Notes: a model not told the origin generated them from the letters alone. Positions 17,207 to 27,161 are shown, numbered from the stretch's first letter. The stretch: DNA of 32,600 nt from Thermogladius sp. (GCA_009904025.1 WYEE01000068.1:1-32600); one strand, 5' to 3'. Made by a program: numbers and translations.

Positions 17207-19351
17207 TTGAGAGTAGAGGAGCTCGAAAAGTACGGTTTAAGGAGAGACTACATTGAGTTGCTTTTGAAGAGGGGTATTGAGAGGTTAAACCCTGTCCAAG
17301 AAGATGCTGTCAGGCAGGGGCTTTTCACCGATCAAAACCTGCTCGTCTCATCTCCCACAGCAAGCGGTAAGACTCTGATAGGTGAGATGGGTATAGTTAA
17401 AGCTGTACAGGATGGTTGGAAAGGCGTCTACCTGCTACCCTTGAGGGCTCTAGCCAGCGAGAAGTATGAGGAGTTCAAGATACTTGAGGAACTGGGCTTC
17501 AAGATAGGTATTACAACAGGGGACTACGACTCGCCTGCTGAGGAGTTGGAAGATAAAGACGTTATTATAGCGACGTACGAGAGATTCGACAGCCTCCTGA
17601 GAATTAAACCGTTTTGGATTAGGAGAGTCCGCGTTGTTGTTGTAGACGAGTTGCATATGATAAACGACCCTGAGAGAGGTCCCGTGGTAGAGATGATAAT
17701 AGCGAGGCTTAAAGCGTCGTCCTCAAGGGTCATAGGGCTGTCTGCTACTATAGGGAACCCCGCCGAGCTCGCTGAGTGGCTTGAGGCAAGGCTGGTTAAT
17801 TTAGATTGGAGACCTGTTAAACTAAGGGAGGGGTATTACGATAAGAAGACGGGAAGAATCATATTCAGCGACGGCTCCTCGGAGGATGTTGAAAGCGAAT
17901 ACGATGAGAGGGTGTTGAACCTGGCGGTGCACTCTGCTTTGAGAGGCTTCCAGGTGCTCGCCTTCGTCCACAACAGGAGGAGGGTTGAGGAGCTGGCTGA
18001 GGCGACAGCGAACACTACTGTGGATTTGAAGGCGGGGAGACTGGACGAGGGGGTTGTTGAAACCTTGATGGAGAGCCCGAGTAGGATTGAGAGGGATAGG
18101 CTTCTTCACCTGATGAAGAGGGGTGTGGGATACCACCATGCCGGTCTATCGATGCCTGCTAGGAGGGCTGTCGAGGAGGCTTTCAGGAGAAGGGAATTGC
18201 AGGTTGTCTACGCGACCCCAACCCTCGCAGCCGGGGTAAACCTCCCTGCTAGGAGGGTTATAGTCTCGGTTAAGAGATACGACCCCTCCTCGTCTAAAAT
18301 GGTGAATATACCTGTATTCGAATACAAGCAGATGGCTGGGAGGGCGGGGAGGCCGAGGTTCGACGAGATCGGTGAGGCGATTATAGCTGATGCTAGGAGT
18401 AGCGGGGAGGCTTTGAGATACCTGAGGTCTGGCCTAGAGAGCGTTGTCAGCAAGGTCTCCAGCGAGAGGAGCCTCAGAATACACACGCTCTCGATAATAG
18501 CAGGCGGGGAGGCCAGGGATTGGAAGAGCATACTAGAGATCTACGGCCACACGCTTGGCTCACGCCAGTACGGCGGGATAGAGGCCTTCTCAAACCAGGT
18601 GGAGAAGACTATTAGATTACTAGCCGAGATGAAAATGCTGGAATCTCACGGCGGCTTCTACAAGGCGACTAGACTCGGGAGGTTGACCTCCCTCACATAC
18701 CTAGACCCTCTCACAGTCCACTACTACATTGAGAATAAGCCAGAGGAGTATGATGAGCTGGATGTACTGCATGTTGTGACCACAACAGTAGACTATGGTA
18801 GGGCCAGGCCCTACATACCGGAGGATGTTGTTGAAATATATGAGGAGGAGGCCTTGCGGTCACAACTAGCCCGGAGAATCGGATTAGGGAAGATGAGTGA
18901 CCAAGAGATAGATAACTTGATCGTAGGGTACGTTCATGCTTTGGTTTTAAGGGACTGGATAAACGAGGTGGATGAAGACAGGATTACAAGCAGGTATGAG
19001 ATAGGCCCAGGGGACCTATATGCCATGAGGGAGACTGCTACCTGGATTGCCGCATCCCTAGCGAAAATCGAGAGGCTGCTGGGGAACACAACTTTCTCAA
19101 ACCAATTAAACAAGCTTTCACTCAGAGTACAATACGGTGTCAGAGAAGACGCTCTTGAACTGATAAAGCTCAGGGGGATAGGTAGAGTGAGAGCTAGAAT
19201 ACTCATAAACCATGGTATAAGAACCCTGGCAGACTTAGCTAGGACACCCCCAAGCAAGTTAATGACTCTACCGGGCTTCGGCCCAAGGATTGTGGAATCA
19301 ATCATCGAGGAATTGAAGAGGCTTGGATATCTAAGACAGGAGCCGGGGTAG
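17207..19351 (+). CDS. hel308: Ski2-like DNA helicase Hel308/Hjm
   Basis: PTASGKT, DELH, SAT, TPTLAAGVNLPA, QMAGRAGR and C-terminal HhH GIGRVRAR. TTG 17207 follows AGGTG. Confidence 0.93.
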   Translation: MRVEELEKYGLRRDYIELLLKRGIERLNPVQEDAVRQGLFTDQNLLVSSPTASGKTLIGEMGIVKAVQDGWKGVYLLPLRALASEKYEEFKILEELGFKIGITTGDYDSPAEELEDKDVIIATYERFDSLLRIKPFWIRRVRVVVVDELHMINDPERGPVVEMIIARLKASSSRVIGLSATIGNPAELAEWLEARLVNLDWRPVKLREGYYDKKTGRIIFSDGSSEDVESEYDERVLNLAVHSALRGFQVLAFVHNRRRVEELAEATANTTVDLKAGRLDEGVVETLMESPSRIERDRLLHLMKRGVGYHHAGLSMPARRAVEEAFRRRELQVVYATPTLAAGVNLPARRVIVSVKRYDPSSSKMVNIPVFEYKQMAGRAGRPRFDEIGEAIIADARSSGEALRYLRSGLESVVSKVSSERSLRIHTLSIIAGGEARDWKSILEIYGHTLGSRQYGGIEAFSNQVEKTIRLLAEMKMLESHGGFYKATRLGRLTSLTYLDPLTVHYYIENKPEEYDELDVLHVVTTTVDYGRARPYIPEDVVEIYEEEALRSQLARRIGLGKMSDQEIDNLIVGYVHALVLRDWINEVDEDRITSRYEIGPGDLYAMRETATWIAASLAKIERLLGNTTFSNQLNKLSLRVQYGVREDALELIKLRGIGRVRARILINHGIRTLADLARTPPSKLMTLPGFGPRIVESIIEELKRLGYLRQEPG

Positions 19352-19511
19352 GGAATTTTGACTTTAGCGGCGTAGAAGCCTCTTCGAGAAAACCCTCTTC
19401 TAATTGGCTCCAGGCATACTGGAATACCCTTGTCTAATCTTCGCGGCTAATGAGGGAATTCCACGTGACCCTTTTATTCTCACTTTGAGATACAAACAAG
19501 GGGTGTTCAAC

Positions 19512-20789
19512 GTGGAGAAGACAAGCAGGATCCAGGGGTTCTACAAGCTGGACATGGGCGAGAGGTTGAAGATCGTTGCGGAGTGGGCTGGTTTAACGGA
19601 GGAGGAGGTTAGAACGCTGAGCAACCTGGGCGGCCTCCCGAGGGAGATAGCTGATTCCATGATAGAGAATGTGATCGGGGGTATGACATACCCGTTTGCG
19701 GTGGCAGTCAACTTCAGGATCAACGGCAGAGACTACCTGGTGCCAATGGTGATTGAGGAGCCGAGTGTGGTTGCGGCTGCGAGCAACGCGGCTAAAATGC
19801 TTAGGGAGGGCGAGGGGATTAAGAGCGTGGCAGGCCCCCAGGAGATGATAGGTCAAATACACATAGTCGGGGCTAGGGCACCATTCTACAAGGCTATGAG
19901 GATACTGGAGGCTAAGCAGGAGCTACTTGAGGAGGCTAAGAGGAGTGCTTCAACGATAGTGAGCCTGGGGGGTGGGCCTAGGGAAATAGATGTGAGAGTC
20001 GTAGACTCAGCTATGGGCCCGATAATAGTAGTCCACATCATAGTCGACGTCCTAGACGCTATGGGGGCTAACACGATCAACACCATAGTTGAATCCATAG
20101 CCCCCCGCATAGAGGAATTGACGGGCGGTGAGGCTAGGCTTAGAATCATCTCCAACTACGCTACAAGGAGGATCGTGAGGGCCTGGGCCAGGACTCGGCC
20201 TGAGAACGTGGGGGGTAAGGAGATCGCGGAGAGAATCGTCGAGGCAAGCATTATAGCCGAGGCGGATCCCTATAGGGCTGTCACGCATAACAAGGGTATT
20301 ATGAACGGGATAATAGCTGTGGCCCTGGCTACAGCACAGGACCACAGGGCTATTGAAGCCGGTGCACACGCCTACGCTGCCAGGACGGGGGTCTACAAGC
20401 CTCTGAGCAGATGGGAGATTGATGAGGAAGGCTACCTGGTGGGCTCGCTTGAAATACCGCTCCAGGTCGGCACTGTTGGGGGTACTATCAGAGTTCACCC
20501 CACTGCGAGGATTGCCTTGAAGATACTCGGTGTTAAGACAGCCAAGGAGCTCTCTGAGGTGATGGCTGCTGTGGGCCTAGCCCAGAACCTAGCGGCTTTG
20601 AGAGCCCTCGTATCAGAGGGGATTCAGAAGGGGCATATGAGGTTGCATGCTAGGAACCTAGCTATAACAGCAGGCGCGAGGGGGGATCTCGTGGATAAGA
20701 TTGCGGAGAGGATGATTAGAGATGGCAAGATAAGCTACGAGTACGCTAGGCAACTGCTTGAAGCTTATTTGCGTGGTGAAAAAATTTAG
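19512..20789 (+). CDS. mvaA: HMG-CoA reductase, class II
   Basis: ENVIG, EEPSVVAA, DAMGAN, THNKGIMNG and GIQKGHMRLH. GTG 19512 follows SD GGGGTG. Confidence 0.92.
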   Translation: MEKTSRIQGFYKLDMGERLKIVAEWAGLTEEEVRTLSNLGGLPREIADSMIENVIGGMTYPFAVAVNFRINGRDYLVPMVIEEPSVVAAASNAAKMLREGEGIKSVAGPQEMIGQIHIVGARAPFYKAMRILEAKQELLEEAKRSASTIVSLGGGPREIDVRVVDSAMGPIIVVHIIVDVLDAMGANTINTIVESIAPRIEELTGGEARLRIISNYATRRIVRAWARTRPENVGGKEIAERIVEASIIAEADPYRAVTHNKGIMNGIIAVALATAQDHRAIEAGAHAYAARTGVYKPLSRWEIDEEGYLVGSLEIPLQVGTVGGTIRVHPTARIALKILGVKTAKELSEVMAAVGLAQNLAALRALVSEGIQKGHMRLHARNLAITAGARGDLVDKIAERMIRDGKISYEYARQLLEAYLRGEKI

Positions 20790-20813
20790 TTTTTCAATAG
20801 AGGTGCCTCATTT

Positions 20814-22016
20814 TTGAGCACGTGGAGAGGCTACTTAGCTGATTTGAGAGTCGTTTTATCAGGGAACGTAGGCGTAATGGCCGTATCCTGGTTCCTGTTC
20901 GCGTTGAGCAGCGCGATGGTAATGCCGTTTTTCTCGTTGTACGCTAGGAATCTCGGCGCAAGCGATATCGAGATATCTATAATGAGGTCGCTTGGATTTA
21001 TAGCCCTCGCCATATTCCTACCAGTCGGCGGTATTCTCACAGATCTATGGGGTAGGGTTAGACCCATAGTAATGGGCACGTTCATGGTTGCTGTAGTTCA
21101 GTTCTTCTACGCCGTAGTCCCCGACTGGAGATATCTAACAGTCGTCGTAGTGGTTGACAACGCGAGCCACTTCTACCAGCCTGCTTTAACAGCCATATTG
21201 ATGGACTCAATGCCGAGGGATAAAACGATGAAAGGGTTCATGATTCTAAACGCGTTTTCAAGCCTGCCATGGCTTTTTATGCCCGTGGTTGGGGGAGTAC
21301 TCTACGATATTTACGGTACGCTTGGAATCAGGATTGGGTTCCTCATCTCAGGCGTGATATCGATCGTAGTAGCTTTCCTGAGAATTAAGGCTTTGAGGGA
21401 GACGTATTCTTCACACAGCAAGGATCTATCGGGTATAGTACTCGAGCTAGCCGGGTACAGACCTGTGTTAAACAAGGCCGTCAAATTCTATGTTTACACA
21501 GCTATCTTCAACCAACTCACAGTGGGTGTGATTAACACTTTCGGGGCGATCTATGCTGTTAACAGGCTTGGAATGAACGCGTTTGACTGGGGGGTTGCTA
21601 CAACGCTTGGAAGCGCATCTTCAATCCTCGCCTCTCTTATTCTATCGGCTAAGATGAGCCTCCACGATAAGAAGACGATGCTGGCCTCCAGCTCTCTCAT
21701 AGCGCTGGCACAATTATTCTACGCCATCCCCTACTTTAACAGGGCCACTACCCCCCTTGTCTACTTGGCTGCCATCATATCAAGTATCGGTGGTGCGATA
21801 GTAGGCTCATCTATCTCATCTATCCTAACCCATGTTCTACCCACAGAGCTGAGGGGTAGAGCGACGGGTATTCAGAGGACTCTCGAAACACTTGGTAGCG
21901 CTCTGGCATCATACGTGGCTGGCTTAATGTACGCGTACATAGGCCCCTTCATCTCTTTCATTGTTTCATTTACCATAGGCGTGGTCTCCACCATCTACCT
22001 CGCGTATATTATCTAG
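20814..22016 (+). CDS. MFS transporter
   Basis: About 12 TM segments, motif A GGILTDLWGR, and PTELRGRATG. Confidence 0.9.
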   Translation: MSTWRGYLADLRVVLSGNVGVMAVSWFLFALSSAMVMPFFSLYARNLGASDIEISIMRSLGFIALAIFLPVGGILTDLWGRVRPIVMGTFMVAVVQFFYAVVPDWRYLTVVVVVDNASHFYQPALTAILMDSMPRDKTMKGFMILNAFSSLPWLFMPVVGGVLYDIYGTLGIRIGFLISGVISIVVAFLRIKALRETYSSHSKDLSGIVLELAGYRPVLNKAVKFYVYTAIFNQLTVGVINTFGAIYAVNRLGMNAFDWGVATTLGSASSILASLILSAKMSLHDKKTMLASSSLIALAQLFYAIPYFNRATTPLVYLAAIISSIGGAIVGSSISSILTHVLPTELRGRATGIQRTLETLGSALASYVAGLMYAYIGPFISFIVSFTIGVVSTIYLAYII

Positions 22017-22045
22017 GTTTAACCTACTATTAGAGCGGTGGTGGA

Positions 22046-22435
22046 ATGGTTCATGAGTGGAGCCTAGCAGACGCGCTACTGAAGTATGTAGCCACTGTGT
22101 ACGGGACTAACATTAAGACCCTGAGATTGAGGGTGGGGGTGCTTCAGAGCATAGACAAGGAGATACTTCTATTCTCTATCCGCGAGCTCGCGGGGCTTCA
22201 CAATATTAAACTCGGCGAGGTGGTCATAGAGGAAGAGGAGGCGAGGTTCAAATGCAGTAGATGCGGCTACGAGTGGGTTTTCAAACCGGAGGAGTTTAAT
22301 ACCGAGACAAGGGAAGCCGTTCACTTCATGCCGGAGGCGGTCTACGCATTCACTAAGTGTCCCGCATGTGGGAGCAGGGATTTCAAAATCGTTAAAGGTA
22401 GGGGTTTGGAGATCGCGGAGGTGGTTAAGTATTAG
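22046..22435 (+). CDS. hypA: Hydrogenase nickel metallochaperone HypA
   Basis: N-terminal HEWSLA, CSRC and CPAC Zn ligands, and GRG. Confidence 0.93.
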   Translation: MVHEWSLADALLKYVATVYGTNIKTLRLRVGVLQSIDKEILLFSIRELAGLHNIKLGEVVIEEEEARFKCSRCGYEWVFKPEEFNTETREAVHFMPEAVYAFTKCPACGSRDFKIVKGRGLEIAEVVKY

Positions 22436-23183
22436 CTTACCCACTGGGACAGGGGATTTCAGGGTTTTAGCCTCGAGAGACAAATTGAAGGGGTTGAAGA
22501 AGAATTTCGTCGTTTTGAGTAGTAAGGGTGGTGTGGGCAAGTCGACTGTCTCAACACTCCTCGCCTTCTACGCCGCGGAGAGAAACCTTAAGGTAGGTCT
22601 CATAGACCTCGATTTCACAAACCCCTCAACCCACGTAATTTTAGGCATTAACCCCGTTGAAATAACGTATACTGAAGATAAAGGTCTATTCCCTCACAAA
22701 GTGAATAGTTTAAGCTACATAACACCCATCGCATTCACAAAGGATCTACCACTACCACTACGGGGCGATAGCGTCTCGAAAGCTCTCCTGGAGTTGCTCT
22801 CTATACTAAGGTTGGATGGCTTAGAATACCTGGTGATAGACACCCCGCCTGGTCTAGGAGATGAACACATGGATTTAATGTACAAGCTAGGCGACTTGGT
22901 TAAACCGCTCGTAGTCTCAACGCCAAGTATTCTTTCTCTTGGCAGTGTTAAGAGAATGATACACCTGTTAAAGGAGGCTAATGTCGGCGAGGTTCTCCTG
23001 GTTGAGAACATGGGTGATGGAAAACTAGTGGAATTCGCCAGAGAGCTTGACGTCGTCTACCTCGGTTATATACCGTACTATCCCGGTTTTGATAGGTGTC
23101 TTGGCTCACTTGAAGGGTTGCGGAAATGCCCTATAAGAGGTTTCTTCGAGAATATACTAGGGAAAATCACGCAAGATGCTTGA
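22431..23183 (+). CDS. Mrp/MinD-type ATPase, probable HypA partner (ATP-type HypB); start uncertain
   Basis: SSKGGVGKS, DLDF, DTPPG and ENM motifs with no CxxC. Coupled to hypA. Start is ATT 22431 or GTG 22368. Confidence 0.8.
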   Translation: MSLPTGTGDFRVLASRDKLKGLKKNFVVLSSKGGVGKSTVSTLLAFYAAERNLKVGLIDLDFTNPSTHVILGINPVEITYTEDKGLFPHKVNSLSYITPIAFTKDLPLPLRGDSVSKALLELLSILRLDGLEYLVIDTPPGLGDEHMDLMYKLGDLVKPLVVSTPSILSLGSVKRMIHLLKEANVGEVLLVENMGDGKLVEFARELDVVYLGYIPYYPGFDRCLGSLEGLRKCPIRGFFENILGKITQDA

Positions 23184-23278
23184 TGTATGTGTGCGGAAAA
23201 CCATAGAAGGCAAGCAGGTTTGAGATAGCTTATTTCAGCTTTTGTTAATTAACCGCCAACACTATAATGCTACACTAG

Positions 23279-23935
23279 GTGTTTTTGTTGGGAGAGCTCA
23301 TATTAATCGATAATCCCCTAGCTAGATACTACCTCAGCGTTTTAAGGGATAAGGATACAACCCCTAAATCCTATAGGGATGCTGTGAGGAAACTAGGTTT
23401 CATAGTTGGCTACGAGGTCTCGAAGAGGCTTCGATGGAGCAAGATGTTTATTGAAACAGGTGCAGCTAGGGCTGAAGGCGTTTTCCCATCGAAACCAGTC
23501 TACATTATCGGGGTGCTCGGCGCATCAATCCCCATGATGCACGGTATATGGGATGCCCTCCCGTGGGCGGGCCTTGGCTTGGTCGCTGCAAAGAGGAGAG
23601 TGGCGGGCGGCGACTTGGAGGTTGAAGTGCTCTACGAGAGGGTTATACAGGATCTCTCCCTTCACACGGTCATAGTCGTCGACCCAACGCTTGCGTCCGG
23701 GAAGACCATGAGCAGGGTGGTCGAGCTCATAGGTGAAAGGGGTGGACGGGATATATTGGCGGCAACCATACTGGCCTCCAGGAGGGGGCTCGAGTACTTC
23801 TGGAGCAGGCACCCCCATGTGCCAGTCTACGCTGTAGAGGTGGATCCACTGCTCGACGAGAGGTTCTACATCATACCGGGTATAGGGGATGCAGGCGATA
23901 GAAGCCTATCATCCGACTATGTCACAAAATACTAG
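23279..23935 (+). CDS. upp: Uracil phosphoribosyltransferase (divergent)
   Basis: LSVLRDKDT, VDPTLASG PRPP loop, and YIIPGIGDAGDR. Start may be TTG 23288. Confidence 0.85.
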   Translation: MFLLGELILIDNPLARYYLSVLRDKDTTPKSYRDAVRKLGFIVGYEVSKRLRWSKMFIETGAARAEGVFPSKPVYIIGVLGASIPMMHGIWDALPWAGLGLVAAKRRVAGGDLEVEVLYERVIQDLSLHTVIVVDPTLASGKTMSRVVELIGERGGRDILAATILASRRGLEYFWSRHPHVPVYAVEVDPLLDERFYIIPGIGDAGDRSLSSDYVTKY

Positions 23936-23958
23936 TCCTCACATCCATTCTCTCAAAA

Positions 23959-24987
23959 CTAGGTGAGGATGCTGGATGCTGAGACCCACAGCGCTGTTAA
24001 ACCCACTAGTGCCTGGAGTAGTGCTATGAATAAGACTACCTCCGGCTCCCTCGCCTTCCCCTTCAACCTGGTGATCGATTTTATGGCGAGGTGTGTTAGG
24101 CTGTAGGATTTGTCGTAGGGTGGTAGGAGACTCCCGTCTTCCATCGGCCTCCCGAAATTCTCCTTGTAGACCCCGTCTCTAAGCCCTCTAATAAATAAGG
24201 CTAGTTCAACAAAGTATAGTGTGAAGAGCATGAGGGAGAACTTTACCGTCTTATACATGATCGCTAGAGCGGCGAAATACGCTCCTACAGCATAGGTGAA
24301 AGTATTTCCCGGGAATACTCTGGCAGGATATTTATTGTAGACTAGGAAGCCTCCTATACCTGAAGCCATTATCAACGAGGCTGTGAGCAAGCCGTCTAAG
24401 CCTTTAACAAAGCCTAAGATCCCCATGAACAGCATTAGCAGAATACCCTGGAGGGCCTCCAGCCCGTTGTAGCCTGCCAGCATGTTGAAGCCGTTGCTCG
24501 CCCCTATTACGCCTATGGGTATAAGCAATAGGTAGTAGGCTAGACCAAAGTCAACTGCCCCTATAAGAGGTAGTGTAATAGTGGGGATCCCGACTTTCAA
24601 AACAACAAGTGGTAGGGAGATCGGGGCCATCAGTAGAACCCTGTATATAGCTCTCAAACCCTTCTTCCACCCTAGAACATCGTCGAGGAAGCCTAGATAC
24701 CCCGACATGAATAAGAGTAGTGCGAGCGAGATATAGTTTCTCAACAAGCTCTCGTCGTTTAACACGTAGGTTTGAAGGCCAATGAAGGATAGTAACCCTA
24801 GTGCGACCCCGAAAGAAACCCATATGCCGCCCGCTTCAGCTGCGTAGACTTCACCCCGTTTATTCATATCCCTTCCCGTGAAGCCTATTAGATGGGCCTT
24901 GCCGATCCACCATCTAACCCCGATGAGGGAGCTCGCGAACGAAATCGCCATAGCTGCTAGCATGAATAGGAGGTCTGTGGAGTCCAC
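23959..24987 (-). CDS. aglH: UDP-GlcNAc:dolichyl-phosphate GlcNAc-1-P transferase (GPT/AglH, MraY-like family)
   Basis: GRDMNK, EAGG, GFLDD, NMLAGYNGLE and YPARVFPGN; multi-TM. Confidence 0.85.
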   Translation of the reverse strand: MDSTDLLFMLAAMAISFASSLIGVRWWIGKAHLIGFTGRDMNKRGEVYAAEAGGIWVSFGVALGLLSFIGLQTYVLNDESLLRNYISLALLLFMSGYLGFLDDVLGWKKGLRAIYRVLLMAPISLPLVVLKVGIPTITLPLIGAVDFGLAYYLLLIPIGVIGASNGFNMLAGYNGLEALQGILLMLFMGILGFVKGLDGLLTASLIMASGIGGFLVYNKYPARVFPGNTFTYAVGAYFAALAIMYKTVKFSLMLFTLYFVELALFIRGLRDGVYKENFGRPMEDGSLLPPYDKSYSLTHLAIKSITRLKGKAREPEVVLFIALLQALVGLTALWVSASSILT

Positions 24988-24988
24988 T

Positions 24989-25690
24989 CTACATCTCCCT
25001 CCAGGGCGTATTCAACACGGCGTATATCTCCTGCGCCCTCTTCTCCCCAATACCCTCAACTTTCAATAAGTCTGAGATACTCGCATTGGCGATATTCCTG
25101 ATGGTTTTGAAATAGGCTAGAAGCCTCCTAGCCAATGTAGGGCCGGCTAAACCCTCCACTACGTAGAGGATCCTCTCATTCAACTCCATAGGCTTCTTCT
25201 CAACTCTCATCCTCAGAATCTTCTTATCCTTCGTTTCACCCAGACTCTTTGATTTTGCCACAATCCATTCAATAGTCGCCTCGGGATTAGGCGTGTTTAA
25301 AACCGGGATCCCGAAATCCAGCATCAATGTATCGAGGACCCTTAGCACGCTCTGTATCCTCCACCCCCTGTATTTCTCGAGGGAGCCGATCCAACCCTCT
25401 ACCACGATCAAGGGTTGGTAACCGTCTTTCTCCGCTGCTTCCCGCAACAGCTTGGATTGATCCCATATCCTGTTATCCCTAATACTATTCGCCAAGTCGT
25501 CCACGCTCTTTCTCTCAACAAGAATCGGTTGTTTATCTGGTGGTGCGAGGAGTAGGAAGTCGCCTGCTGGTAGGGGTTGGATGGCTGTCCTCAAACCCCT
25601 CATGTTTAAAACCTTCTTGAAATCAGGGTGCTTCGAGTCTTCGCGGCTGTCGACGATAACGTCGACGGGGGTAAGCAGGAGGAAAGCCAA
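24989..25690 (-). CDS. xpf: Short crenarchaeal XPF/ERCC4 structure-specific endonuclease
   Basis: VDSRE, GDF, ERKSVDD (ERKxxxD) and tandem HhH. Confidence 0.92.
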   Translation of the reverse strand: MAFLLLTPVDVIVDSREDSKHPDFKKVLNMRGLRTAIQPLPAGDFLLLAPPDKQPILVERKSVDDLANSIRDNRIWDQSKLLREAAEKDGYQPLIVVEGWIGSLEKYRGWRIQSVLRVLDTLMLDFGIPVLNTPNPEATIEWIVAKSKSLGETKDKKILRMRVEKKPMELNERILYVVEGLAGPTLARRLLAYFKTIRNIANASISDLLKVEGIGEKRAQEIYAVLNTPWREM

Positions 25691-25753
25691 TTTAAGCCAC
25701 CGCCGTAATGCTCGCCTGACGTGTAGTTAAGATTGGAGTGAGAAATTAAAATA

Positions 25754-27049
25754 TCATATATCAGCGTAGAACAGGTAGTCTACAGGTGTAGTGTAAGTTC
25801 TATAGACTTTTGCCTCCCTCTTCTTCAACTCGACATATGATTCAACTAACTCGCTGGGGAAAACTGGTTTAAGGTATTCGTGGTCTGATTCAAGTGCTTC
25901 AACAGCCTCCTCGAGGCTGGCGGGCAGCTTCCTCCAACTACCACATCCAGAGGGGTTCTCAAACAAGTTTACTGAGACGGGTGGGCCGGGATCTATTTTC
26001 CTTCTAATACCGTCAAGGCCTGCTAGTATAACGGCTGATATAGCTAGGTAAGGGTTTGCAGTCGGGTCAGGTGGCCTGTACTCGATTCTAGCTTTGTTCT
26101 GCAACGGGACTCTAACCGCGGTCGTCCTGTTCCCAACACCCCAGGACACGTATACAGGGGCCTCAAACCCCTCCACTAGTCTTCTATAGCTGTTGACTGT
26201 TGGGTTTGTGAACGCTGCCAGACTTCTAGCGTGCTCTAGGAGTCCCCCTATAAAGTATAGTGCTTCACCACTCAACTCGCCTCCCTCGGCAAAGATATTG
26301 GAGGCCCCTCTCCACAAGCTCACATGTATGTGTAACCCGCTGCCATAGTCGTCTGGGAAAGGCTTTGCGAGGAAGATTGGTTTAAACCCTTCTTTCTCGC
26401 CTATCACGCGAGCAATATACTTGAATACCTGGACGAAATCCCCTATTTCGACGGGTGTGTCGGCTAGTGTTGAAACCTCGATTTGACCCCGGGGCCCGTT
26501 CTCCCTGTGGGTTTTATTGAAGAAAAACCCGTTTTTCTCTAGTTCGGAGAGTATAGTCTCCAATAGTCTATCAGAGTGCGATGCCTCCGAGGAGTTGTAT
26601 GTTTTCACATACCATAGGGATGACTGAGGGAAGTCGACGCCGCTGAACAGCTCTACTTCAAGGCACTGCCTGGTTGCACCCAAGTTTAAGTTAACTGATT
26701 TAGCAATGTAGAATTCTATTTCAACACCTACCCTCGCCTCCAGGTCTTCCTGCCTCAGATACTCGGTGAGTCTCTCCGCGATGAACCTCGGGTCTTTCAC
26801 ATACCTTTCCTCGCCTCTTGTGAATAAGCCTGAGATATAGTGCTTGCCCTGGAGGAAACCTGTTGTTAGAGGCCTGCTTGTAACCGGCCTAACGAGTAGG
26901 TCGCTGTTCTCAACCTCCAGGAATCCCATGAGGCTTGACCCGTCTACAATAGCGTGGATCCCCGATAAGATGTCGGGATCCCCATTTATCATTAGTGAGA
27001 CTCTTCTCAATTTCCCTATGAGATCTGTGTAGAGTAAGTGTGTCAGCAT
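25754..27049 (-). CDS. glnA: Glutamine synthetase family protein (GSI-like)
   Basis: DGSS, EIEFY, GSGLHIHVSLW, NSYRRLVEGFEAP and RIEYRPPDPTANPY. Confidence 0.85.
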   Translation of the reverse strand: MLTHLLYTDLIGKLRRVSLMINGDPDILSGIHAIVDGSSLMGFLEVENSDLLVRPVTSRPLTTGFLQGKHYISGLFTRGEERYVKDPRFIAERLTEYLRQEDLEARVGVEIEFYIAKSVNLNLGATRQCLEVELFSGVDFPQSSLWYVKTYNSSEASHSDRLLETILSELEKNGFFFNKTHRENGPRGQIEVSTLADTPVEIGDFVQVFKYIARVIGEKEGFKPIFLAKPFPDDYGSGLHIHVSLWRGASNIFAEGGELSGEALYFIGGLLEHARSLAAFTNPTVNSYRRLVEGFEAPVYVSWGVGNRTTAVRVPLQNKARIEYRPPDPTANPYLAISAVILAGLDGIRRKIDPGPPVSVNLFENPSGCGSWRKLPASLEEAVEALESDHEYLKPVFPSELVESYVELKKREAKVYRTYTTPVDYLFYADI

Positions 27050-27161
27050 GCTTCAACCTCTTATATGGGGGCTTTAAACAATTGAATCCTTTTAAAACCC
27101 TTCCAGGATAATATTGTATAGGTTTCATGAAATGCCAAGAATCGTTGAAAGAAGTACAGGT

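Noticed and set aside
19404-19511. 36-aa N-terminal extension of HMG-CoA reductase, and small hairpins in the upstream spacer
   Set aside because: Family similarity begins at GTG 19512, which has a good SD; the 5-6 bp stems are at chance level.
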